A stretch of 64,000 nucleotides of DNA from Squalus acanthias (Eukaryota). Both the position numbers and the translations under genes were made by a program. The notes beneath the pieces were generated by a model. It was not told the origin of the DNA and did not search any database. It saw only the letters and a program-made list of their open reading frames with translations. Shown here in pieces: positions 24,045 through 34,301 of the stretch (positions are counted from its first letter, which is position 1; every line of letters begins with the position of its first letter). The stretch is from positions 32,676,001-32,740,000 of the forward strand of contig CM059433.1 of the NCBI GenBank assembly GCA_030390025.1, given 5' to 3'.

Positions 24045-24430
24045 GTTAGCTTGATTCATTTGGAACCTCTGAATTAAAAGGTTGTGGGTTCAAGCATCTG
24101 AACCCATAAACTCCAGTGCAGTGCTGAAGGAATACTGCACTATTAAAGTTGCCAGTCTTCAGATACAGTGTTAAACTGATGACCCATCGGCCTGTTCTGC
24201 TGGTTCAGGTGGACTTTAAGATTCCATGGTACTTTTGGAAGAAGAGCAGGCAGTTCTCTTGGTGTCCTGGTCAACAATACCCCCTCAATCAAAACAATCA
24301 AAAACTGGTCATTCATCTTATTGCACTTTGTAGGATCCAGTATGCACATGGCTGCCTAAGTTACCTACATAATAACTCACTGCATTTCAAATTCATTATA
24401 TGTGAAGGGCTTTAACATGGTTTTGTGAGA
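24045..24430 (+). mobile_element. Diverged Deu-domain SINE
   Basis: GGTTGTGGGTTCAAG head; CTCCAGTGCAGTGCTGAAGG and GAAGAAGAGCAGG body blocks. Confidence 0.65.
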
Positions 24431-24585
24431 TATCACTGTGCTGCGGCTGGTTTGGTGTTATCAGATCAAGCATTGTGATGCTGAAGTAAGCATCAATAAT
24501 ACAGCAATGAAACTACTAAAATACAAGGAATAGCTTTATAATTGTAATATTGTTAGCGAATTGTAATTACATAAACTAAAATTAA

Positions 24586-24750
24586 GGACTAGAAATTCGT
24601 CTCGGGCGGTGGCGTAAAACGGGTGGTATAGGATGGGCTGCCCGTTATACGCAGCACCTGATATTCAGTTCTATTGCTGTCAATGGAATTAAATATCAAG
24701 TGCTGCGTATGGCCTATCCGCTACCAGCCATTTTGCGCTACCACCCAGCT
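24586..24750. mobile_element. Short hairpin MITE (family of 37111-37203)
   Basis: CTAGAAATTCGTCTCGGGCGGTGGCGTAAAACGGGTGG is shared with 37111; internal inverted repeat. Confidence 0.55.
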
Positions 24751-25154
24751 ATCCCTCCCATCTCTTTTTTTAATTCTAATTCTCACTTTCCTGTAATTTT
24801 TATTTTAACTTTCATGGTATCCCTTTTCTACCTACTCTAATATATTCCTCCTACTTCTCATCTCTAAATTTTTTCTTTGGTGCACTTTAGTTTCAGTGCC
24901 TATTTTGGAAGTGGAGCAATTTTTATAAGTGGGGTTCTTCAGCAGCTGAAAGATAAGGTTTAAAGGGCCACGTTTCCTAGTTAACAGAAATGTCGTACTG
25001 ACTGGAGCACTTCTGTGATATTACCGGAATGGGTAAATCACACCCAGATCCAGAGATGCTCACCCGCAGTGAATGAACTTGGCAGTAGACTCCTACATAT
25101 CAACAGTATCTGCAGTATCTGGCTGCTTCACCCAGAGAGTTAAAATTACTGTTA

Positions 25155-25575
25155 TAGGAGCAGGAGTAGGCCATTCAGCCCCTCGAGCCTGTTTTGCCAT
25201 TCAATTAGATCATGGCTAATCTGCATCTTCACTCCATCTACCCGCCTTGGTTCCGTGACCCTTAATACCCTTGCCTAACAAAAATTGATCAGTTTTGAAA
25301 TTTTCAATTGACCCCCAGCCTCAACAGCTTTTTGCAGGAGAAAGTTCCAGAATTTCACTACCATTGTGTGAAAATGTGCTTCCTGACATCACCCCTGAAT
25401 GGCTCTAATTTTAAGGTTATGCCCCCTTGTTCTGTTCTCTCCTACAAGTAGAAACAGTTTCTCTCTATCTACCCTATCAAATCCTTTAAACATCTTAAAC
25501 ACCTTGATTACATCACCCCTTAATCTTCTATACGCAACGAAATACAAGCCTAGACTATATAACCTGTCATCATTT
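25155..25575 (-). mobile_element. CR1 LINE 3' end
   Basis: Reverse complement of the CR1 3' sequence seen at 27090-27452. Confidence 0.85.
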
Positions 25576-26225
25576 ATGATAAATCACTAATGCTCCCAGC
25601 CTTAATTTTTTTTTGAAGAAATTATAATCCTTTCAATAGTGAAGAGCAAACAATGGGGCAGTGAGAAGAGGTCTATGTAGAATTAAGTGAGATGCAGAAC
25701 TGGAGTATTAAGCAGAAGAAAAACAAAGACTACTGTAAGGGACATGAAAAGGAAATGTATCCCAATGAGAAATAAAGGGAAAGAAATAATAATATCGGGA
25801 GCCCTAGTGACTGAATAAGCAGGTTCAAAAATATCCTATAGGTTACAAAGAATTATGTTAAAAGATATAATGACTGGAAGTCAGACAAAAGTCAGTTGCG
25901 GATAACTAAGTATGTGTTGTAGTGGGTAAGAGAATAACAGGAGATATATTGTTGCTGGAAGCCAAAGGGATCAATATGTCTGTTAGGTAGAATGTAAGTG
26001 GAGTGTTAAAAACAGATTAGGTCCTTTCAAAATAGAAATATTAGGACTCAGGACCTGATGGATATGTTGAATGAGTTCTTTATAATAGTTTTCACAATCG
26101 AATACTGTGAACAATTAAAAATCCAATTGCACTGTGTTGGGAATGTACAACTAATGTGTTGGGTCAATTAAGCTTGTGTTATGAAGAAAACCAAAGCATT
26201 ATGGAGTAGATAATGTGGTCCCAGC

Positions 26226-26401
26226 CAATGTCCTCTCTAAGCTGTGCGCGGGCGCGGGTGCACAGCAATCTTGAAGGTACCGCGCAGGCTACTCACAAGC
26301 TCTCAAACATCGCGCGTGTGAGGCCACGTAGAAACATTTAATGGCACCATGCATTGAAAAAACTGACCGCGCACAACAACAACATTTTAGAGGGAACATT
26401 G
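26226..26401. mobile_element. hAT-type MITE, 176 bp
   Basis: TIR CAATGTCCTCTCTAA / TTAGAGGGAACATTG; perfect 8-bp TSD GTCCCAGC at 26218-26225 and 26402-26409. Confidence 0.85.
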
Positions 26402-27089
26402 GTCCCAGCACAGCGGCACTGTGGATCGGGTGCTGTACGCACTTCGCAATAATGGGAGGTCAGGGATAATTTAAATATTTTTTTTGCTGCTTGGATTACT
26501 GGATGTCAGCAGCTATTAAAGGGCTGCTGGCTGCCCTTAAAGCTCCAACAATTGCTGAGGGATAGAAATGGTCCTATGCACAAATCGGCCTGTTGAGACA
26601 AGCCAACAGGTGATTCAGAAATGAAAGAAGGACTTACTTGGAAGAGAGGGTCACCGGTTCCAGTCGTCCCTTGAAGTACCTGTTTGAGATGAGTGCTGTT
26701 TGACTGGAGTGTTCCTCAGGCGCTCCAGCCACATTATGGGGAGCATTTATGACCCAAATGCTCGTGCACTGCACCATCAGGCAATGAGTAGGCCTCAGGG
26801 CCCAATAATACAGAGCATTATTGGTCCAAATGTCTACAGGGTACCAGACCCAAAATAAGATACACTTCGAAATCATCATGGATGTGAGTGAGGAGATGGA
26901 TATGGCTCTGGTTTATATTTTTTAGCAGCTCCATGAAAAAAAACACCAGTGAAGGAATGAATGATTGTGATTTCTATCTCAAAATTCACAAAATGTTGGA
27001 CAAACGAATGAAAGAATTATGGATTAGATAATCCAATCTCAGCTGTTGTGTGAGTGATTCATAGCTTTTGATGGAATGCTATCATATTC

Positions 27090-27452
27090 ATCTAATTGAT
27101 ATACTTAAGATGATTAAAGGATTTGATAGGGTAGATAGAGAGACACTATTTCCTCTGGTGGGAGAGTCCAGAACAAGGAGGCATAATCTTAAAATTAGAA
27201 TTAGACCATTCAGGGGTGATGTCAGGAAGCACTTCTTCACACAAAGGGCAGTGGAAATCTGGAACTCTCTCCCCCAAAAAACTGTTGAGGCTGGGGGTCA
27301 ATTGTAAATTTCAAAACTGAGATTGATAGATTTTTGTTAGGCAAGGGTTATGGAACCAAGGCGGGTAAATGGAGTTAAGATACAGATCAACCATGATCTA
27401 ATTGAATGGCAGGACAGGCTTGAGGGGCTGAATGGCCTACTCCAGTTCCTAT
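27090..27452 (+). mobile_element. CR1 LINE 3' end
   Basis: KMIKGFDRVDRETLFPLVGESRTRRHNLKI..RKHFFTQRAVEIWNSLP plus 3' UTR. Confidence 0.88.
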
Positions 27453-27699
27453 CTAAAGCTAGGGTCTCCTAACTATGGCCCATGAATCATATGCAGCCCA
27501 TGAACTTTAATAAGCTAGCCCAAGATAGACAGGCAACTCCGTTCTATTTCTGCTTATAGTTTTTATTTGCTGGTTTGACCTGTTTCAACTTGATAGTGTG
27601 AAAAAGATTGTTCTTGGTATCGTTTTTTGTGGATAAATCCTATTCAGAACATCAAGATTTGTTAGTATTCATGAAGTGAGGCTTATTCAAATCAATGGA

Positions 27700-27965
27700 A
27701 ACAATGGCCTCTTGTACATCCCTGACTTACTTCGCACCACCATTGGTGGCTGTGCCTCCAGCTGCCTAGGCCCTAAGCTCTGGAATTCTCTCCCTAAACC
27801 TCTCCTCCTCGCCATCTCTCTCTCTCCTCCTTTAAGACACTCCTTAAAACTTCCTCTTTGAACAAGGTTTTGGTCATCTGTCCTATTATCTCCTTCTTTG
27901 GCTTGGTATCGACTTTTGTCGGTTTACACCCCTTGCGACGCTTTACTACGTTATAGGCGTAGATG
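27700..27965 (+). mobile_element. L2-like LINE 3' end
   Basis: IGGCASSCLGPKLWNSLPKPL; homologous to 23475-23690. Confidence 0.7.
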
Positions 27966-27969
27966 CTGT

Positions 27970-28799
27970 TATATGTGGTCCATCGAGTTCTATTGATTGT
28001 AGCTAAGCAGCGCAGAGAAGCACTTCTGATCTGAAGAGGTTTTTAAGGAAGGCAAAGCTACATGTAATTAATGACAAGCTATCTAGCTAGATTGAAGGTG
28101 GGCTTGAATATAGAAAGCAGAACGTGATGATAAATGAGCAAGTCTTTGGGCAGCAGCGGCTTCTAGAGTCTAGTACGGGATTTGCTTTGGATTTACTGCT
28201 GCTCATGCTGTGTATAAATGATATACAGGACAGTATTTCTTGCATTAACATTTTAAAATTTACGTTATGCTTTGGCTAAGCGACAGTGTTGGGTATATTG
28301 ATAGCATTCAAAGAGCTCCAGTCTCATTAAGCAGCTGCAATAAGGAATGACAGATGGATTTTAAAGCGAATATATTTAAATAAATGGACATTGAAACCAA
28401 AAACGTACAACCTGTGTAAACAATGGATGGGCGTCAAGTGACAAAAATGAAAAATTAAATTAACGCTTTGGGTAAGATTATCAATAATTCATTGAAAACA
28501 GCCAGTCAATACAAGACTATTAATAAGACTAATACAGGGATGCACTTCAAATGTGTTTGATTAGAATTGTAACCTTGTACAGCCAAAAATGTAACATTTA
28601 GAATTTTACTTTGAATTGGTGGCAGTCTGCCATCAAAGGAACATTGGTGCATTGGACAAGGTCAGGAAAAATTAAGAGGATAACTTTGCGACTTTAAAAT
28701 CCTTAATTATAAGGATAGGCTCACAGAATTAAACTTGCATTCACGGTAGAAAAGGGAACAGAGAGAAGATCTTTAAAAGGTTGGTAACTATGAATGATG
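27970..28799 (+). mobile_element. Old degraded CR1 ORF2 (continues at about 36961-37100)
   Basis: Remnants such as LLLMLCIND and LNYKDRLTELNL; the reading resumes after the young CR1. Confidence 0.5.
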
Positions 28800-28801
28800 C
28801 T

Positions 28802-29262
28802 GAGACCAGAAGGAGCGGACCTGGAGGAGCAAAGCGAGAGCGGAGCAGTTAAAGGAGCAGTCCCGAGCAGCAGGAGCCTGAGACCGGAAGGAGAGGACCT
28901 GGAGGGAGCACAGCGAGAGCGGAGCAGTTAAAAGGAGCAGTCCCGAGCAGGCAGGAGCCTGAGACCGCAAGGAGAGGACCTGGAGGGAGCACAGTGAGAG
29001 CGGAGCAGTTAAAAGGAGCAGTCCCGAGCGGCAGGAGACTGAGACCGGAAGGAGCGGACCTGGAGGGAGCACAGTGAGAGCGGAGCAGTTAAAAGGAGCA
29101 GTCCCGAGCGGCAGGAGACTGAGACCGCAAGGAGAGGACCTGGAGGGAGCACAGTGAGAGCGGAGCAGTTAAAAGGAGCAGTCCCGAGCGGCAGGAGACT
29201 GAGACTGGAAGGAGCGGACCTGGAGGGAGCACAGTGAGAACGGTGCAGTTAAAAGGAGCAGC
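28802..29262 (+). repeat. About 80-bp tandem repeat, ~5.8 copies, at CR1 5' end
   Basis: GAGAC unit starts at 28802, 28880, 28961, 29041, 29121 and 29201. Confidence 0.9.
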
Positions 29263-29431
29263 AGCAACTCAACAGAGGCAGTTTTTGAAAAAGTGACGTC
29301 AGAGTAAAAGAAGTGACATTGGCACAAGGGAAGGAGCTGATTGGTGAGTAGCTGGTGAGTAGCTGGTGAGTTTTTTGTTAAGTTTTAAATTTATTTCTGC
29401 TGGGTTAGTTCTTAGTCTATTAAATAAAGGC

Positions 29432-32400
29432 ATGGCAGGGCAGCTCAGTTCCGTGGAGTGCACATCCTGTGTCATGTGGGAAGTCCTGGATGCTTCGCAT
29501 AAACTGGACGACCACATGTGCGGGAAGTGTCGCCAGCTACAGCAACTCGAGCTCCAGGTTTCGGAGCTCGAGCGGCGGCTGGAGTCACTGCAGTGCATCC
29601 ACGAGGCTGAGAGTTACGTGGATAGCACATTTCTAGGGGTGGTCACCCAGCAGCTTAAGAGTATGCAGGCAGAGAAGGAATGGGTGACTGTCAGACAGAA
29701 GAGGAGGACCAGGCAGGTAGTGCAGGAGTCCCCAGAGTGCATCGCGCTCTGCAACCAGTATTCTGTTCTGAGTACTGATAAGGGCGATGGTTCCTCTGGG
29801 GAGTGCAGCCAGAGTCAAGTCCACGGCACCATGGGTGGCTCAGCTGCACGGGGGTGGGGGGGGGGGGAGGAAAAAGAGTAGAAAAGCAATAGTGGTAGGG
29901 GATTCGATATTTAGGGGAGCAAACAAGCGTTTCTGCAGCCGTAGACGTGACTCCAGGATGGTATGTTGCCTCCCTGGTGCCAGGATCAAGGAGGTCACTG
30001 AGCAGCTGCAGGACACTCTGAGGGGGGAGGGTGAACAGCCAGAGGTCGTTGTCCATATCGGTACCAACGACATAGGCAGAAAGAGGGATGAGGTCCTACA
30101 GGCAGAGTTTAGGGAGCTAGGAGAGAGATTAAAAAGCAGGACCTCAAAGGTAGTCATCTCCGGATTACTCCCGGTGCCACATGCTAGTGAGTCTTCTTCT
30201 TCTTCTTAGGCACTCCCTCGGAACCGAGGATGACTTGCTTCCACACTAAAAATGAGTTCTCAGGTGACTGATGAGTCCAATGCGGGACCTACAGTCTCTG
30301 TCACAGGTGGGGCAGACGGTGGTTGAAGGGGCGGGTGGGTGGGGTGCTTGGGTTGATGTGCGCTCCTTCCGCTGTTTGCGCTTGGCTTCTGCTTGCACCC
30401 GGCGAAGAGACTCGAGGTGTTCGGCGCCTTCCCGGATGCTTCTCCTCCACTTTGTGCGGTCTTGGGCCAGGGATTCCCAGGTGTCGGTGGGGATGTTGCA
30501 CTTTTTCAAGGAGGCTTTGAGGGTGTCCTTGAAGCATTTCCTCTGCCCACCTGGAGCTCTCTTGCCGTATCGGAGCTCCGAGTAGAGCGCTTGTTTTGGG
30601 AGTCTTGTATCGGAGCTGATCGAGCATGGTCAAAGCTTCGATGCTGGGGATGTTGGCCTGAGCGAGAACACTGACGTTGGTACGCCTATCCTGTCAATGG
30701 ATTTGCAGGATCTTGCGGAGGCAGCGTTTGTGGTACCTCTCCAGTGCTTTGAGGTGCCTGCTGTGCATGGTCCATGTCTCTGAAGCATACAGGAGGGCGC
30801 GTATCACTACTGCTCTGTAGACCATGAGCTTGGTGCTGGGTTTGAGGTCCTGGTCTTCAAACACTCTCTTCCTCAGGCGACTGAAGGCTGCACTGGCACA
30901 CTGAAGGCGGTGTTTGACTTCGTCATCGACGTCTGCCCTTGTTGACAGTAGGCTCCCGAGGTATGGAAAGTGGTCCACGTTGTCCAAGGCCTCTTCATGG
31001 ATTTTGATAATCGGAGAGCAGTACTGTGTGGCGGGGGCAGGTTGGTAGAGGACTTTTGTCTTACGGATGTTTAGTGTAAGGCCCATGCTCTCGTACGCTT
31101 CGGTGAAGGTGTTGACGATGGTTTGGAGTTCGACCTCAAAGTGTGCGCAGATGCAAGCATCGTCTGCATACTGTAATTCGATGACAGAGGATGGGACGAC
31201 CTTGGATCTGGACTGGAAGCGACGGAGGTTGAACAGTTTCCCGTTTGTTCTGTAGATTAGCTCCACTCCAGCGGGGAGCTTACTGAGGGTGAGATGGAGT
31301 ATTGCAGCCAGGAAGATCGAGAAGAACGTTGGTGTGATGACACAGCCTTGCTTGACCCCGGTCCATACGTGAATTGGGTCTGTGGTGGATCTGTTGTTCA
31401 GGATCACGGGTTGCATGTCGTCGTGAAGCAGGCGGAGGATGGTGACAAACTTTTGAGGGCAGCCGAATTTGAGGAGGACACTCCATAATCCCTCATGGTT
31501 GACGGTGTCGAAGGCCTTTGTGAGGTCAAAGAAGGCTATGTACAGCGGTTGGTGCTGTTCCCTGCATTTCTCTTGTAGTTGACGCGCAGTGAAGATCATG
31601 TCTATTGTGCCCCTTAGTGTGCGGAATCCGCATTGCGACTCTGGGAGGAGCTCTTCAGCCACTGGGTGAAGGCGATTGAGGAGGACTCTTGCGATGACTT
31701 TCCCTGTGGCAGACAGCAGGGAGACTCCTCTGTAATTATCGCAATCGGACTTGTCACCTTTCTTGAAGATGGTTACGATTACGGTGTCTCTGAGATCCCC
31801 TGGCATGCTCTCCTCCTTCCAAATAAGAGAAATGAGTTCATGTATTCGTGCCAATAGTGCTTCTGCACCATGTTTTAGCGTCTCGGCGGGGATTCCATTT
31901 GCTCCTGAGGCCTTGTTGCTCTTCAGTTGTCGGATGGCCCTTTCAATCTCATGCCGGGCGGCTGGGGTTGTGCTGAAGTGGTGGTGGGTAGCATGCTGCG
32001 GGATGGAGATGAGGACACTCGCGTTGAAGACAGAGTCTCGGTTAAGGAGATCTTCGAAGTGCTCCTTCCAGCGGGCACTGACTGCCTCTCTGTCCTTGAT
32101 GAGCTACCTCTCCGTTCTTGGCTTACAGTGGGGTAGGACCTTGGGTGCTTGGGCCGTAGGTGGTCTTGACTGCGCTAAAGAATCCATGCACGTCGTGGTT
32201 GTCGGCTAGCTGCTGGATCTCCTGCACTTTCTTCACCCACCATCTGTTCTTTAGGTCGCGAGTTTTTTGTTGGACCTCAGCCTTCAGGCATCTGTAGAGC
32301 TGCTTTCTTGCTCTCGAGTTCTGTTGCTGTTTCCGGATCAGGAATGCCTGGCGCTTGCGGCTTATTAGCTCCTGGATCTCCTGGTCATTCTCGTCGAACC

Positions 32401-33776
32401 TTTCTTGGTGTTTCCTGGTCAAGTGACTGAGCATCTCTTCACAGGTGCTGATTATGGAGGCCTTGAGTGCAGACCAGGTGCTGTGGGCACTCTGTGTCTC
32501 TGAATCACTGGGAGTCATCAGGTTGGTTGTGAGGTGCAGGCTGAATAGAGCTTTCTTAGCAGGGTCTTTGAGTGCTCCAGCGTTGATTTTCCTGCGGCAT
32601 TGCTTCTGTTGCCGCCGCTGTTTTGGGGCTACGTTGATGGAGATGACAGAGCAGATTAGGCGGTGGTCTGTCCAGCAGTCATCAACTCCTGTCATGGTGT
32701 GGGTGATGCGGACATCCTTGTGGTCCCTCGCTCGGACGATGATGTAGTCCAGCAGTTGCCAGTGCTTGGAGCGAGGGTGTTGCCATGAAGCCTTGTACTT
32801 GTCTCTCTGACAGAACAAGGTGTTAGTTATGACAAGGCCATGTTCTAAGCATTTCGTCAGGAGGAGGGTACTGTTGGAGTTGGCTTTCCCTACCCCCTCT
32901 CTGCCGATCACACATCCCCAGAGGTCTGTGTCCTTTCCAACTCTGGCGTTAAAGTCGCCAAGGAGGATCAGCTTGTCGCCCGTTGGGACTCAGGACAGGG
33001 ATTGTTCGAGGCTGGAGTAGAATTCCTCTTTGGTCTTGTCTGTGGCTTCCAGTGTTGGGGCGTACGCACTGATGACCGTAGCGCACTGGTTCTGGGCTAG
33101 GGTGAGCCGAAGAGTCATGAGGCGTTGTTTATTCCACAAGGGGACTCTCTGAGACGTCCAACTAGCTCATTTATTATGGCGAAGCCTACCCCATGGAGGC
33201 GGCGTTCTTCTTCAGGCTTGCCTTTCCAGAAGAAGGTGTAGCCACCGCCTTGCTCCTTGAGCTGACCTTCCCCTGCCCGCCGGGTCTCGCTTAGGGTGGT
33301 GATGTCTATGTCGAAACGTCTGAGCTCCCGGGCAACAATAGCAGTACGGCGTTCCGGTCTGTCCCTGTTGGGGTTGTCCATGAGGATCCTGACGTTCCAG
33401 GTCCCGAACTTCATTTTAAAGGGTGGAAGATGCCTGTGCGTGAATTCTTTTAACGTGGGGTGGCCGTTGCACACCAGCTACCACACGGGCTTGTCTTGGT
33501 CCAATGACAAGGGGATCCAAGACGATTGGAGACCAGGCTCTGTTACATCGGCCTAGCACACACACACAAGTGGGTACAGGAATAGGAGGATAGAACAGAT
33601 GAATGCGTGACTGGAGAGATGGTGCAGGAGGGAGGGATTTAGATTCCTGAGGCATTGGGACTGTTTCTAGGGAAAGGTGCGACCTGTACAAGCCGGACGG
33701 GTTGCACCTCAACAGAGCTGGGACAAATATTCTTGCGGGGAGGTTTGTTAGTGTTGTTGGGGAGGGTTTAAACTAG
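29432..33776 (+). pseudogene. CR1 ORF1 (zinc finger, leucine zipper, SGNH esterase), split by RTE insertion at 30193-33568
   Basis: CTSC..CGKC plus heptad leucines; VVGDS, CLPGAR, HIGTND, SGLLP | YRNRRIEQMNAWL..DGLHLN; frameshift at the poly-G run 29849-29870. Confidence 0.88.
30193..33568 (-). mobile_element. Full-length RTE-clade LINE (single APE-RT ORF, disrupted)
   Basis: TWNVR..LSETR (APE), FFDLTKAFD, GVKQGC, QYADD, C-terminal CPTC..GLISH; (GAA)n tail; TSD AGTGAGT/AGTGGGT. Confidence 0.93.
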
Positions 33777-34156
33777 CTTGACAGGGGGATGGGCACCAGC
33801 ATATAGGAGTAGAAAAGAGGAATAAGGTGCATACAAGAGTGAGTGTGGTGGATAGTACTAGAGAAGATCGTACTAGAGGCGGTAGTAGTACCATATTAGA
33901 TAAGAGCAGACTAAGAAAGATTACGAAAAATTCAAAAATGGGTTTAGAATGCATGTACGTAAACGCACAAAGTGTGGTGAATAAGGTTGGTGAGCTACAA
34001 GCACAATTAGCTGGGTGGCAATATGAGGTTGTGGCAATAATGGAAACGTGGCTTAAAAATGGTGAGGACTGGGCACTTAATATTCAAGGTTACAAGATGT
34101 TCAGAAAAGATAGGGAAGGAAAAAAGGGAGGTGGGGTGGCAGTGCTGATTAAGGAA

Positions 34157-34301
34157 TTATGTGGAGATGCTGGTGTTGGACTGGGGTGGACAAATGTGAG
34201 AAGTCGCACAACACCAGGTTATAGTCCAACAGCTTTATTTGAAATCACAAGCTTTCGGAGCGCTGCTCCTTCATCAGGTGAAGTGAAGAGATGCATATAA
34301 G
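34157..34301 (-). mobile_element. Solo PLE 3' terminus (pLTR + tail), 145 bp
   Basis: Reverse complement of about 18305-18449; perfect 10-bp TSD GATTAAGGAA at 34147-34156 and 34302-34311 inside CR1 ORF2. Confidence 0.9.
34245..34281 (-). ncRNA. Minimal type I hammerhead ribozyme motif
   Basis: Reverse complement reads TCAC-CTGATGA-A-GGAGC-AGC-GCTCC-GAAA-GCTT-GTGA. Confidence 0.8.
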
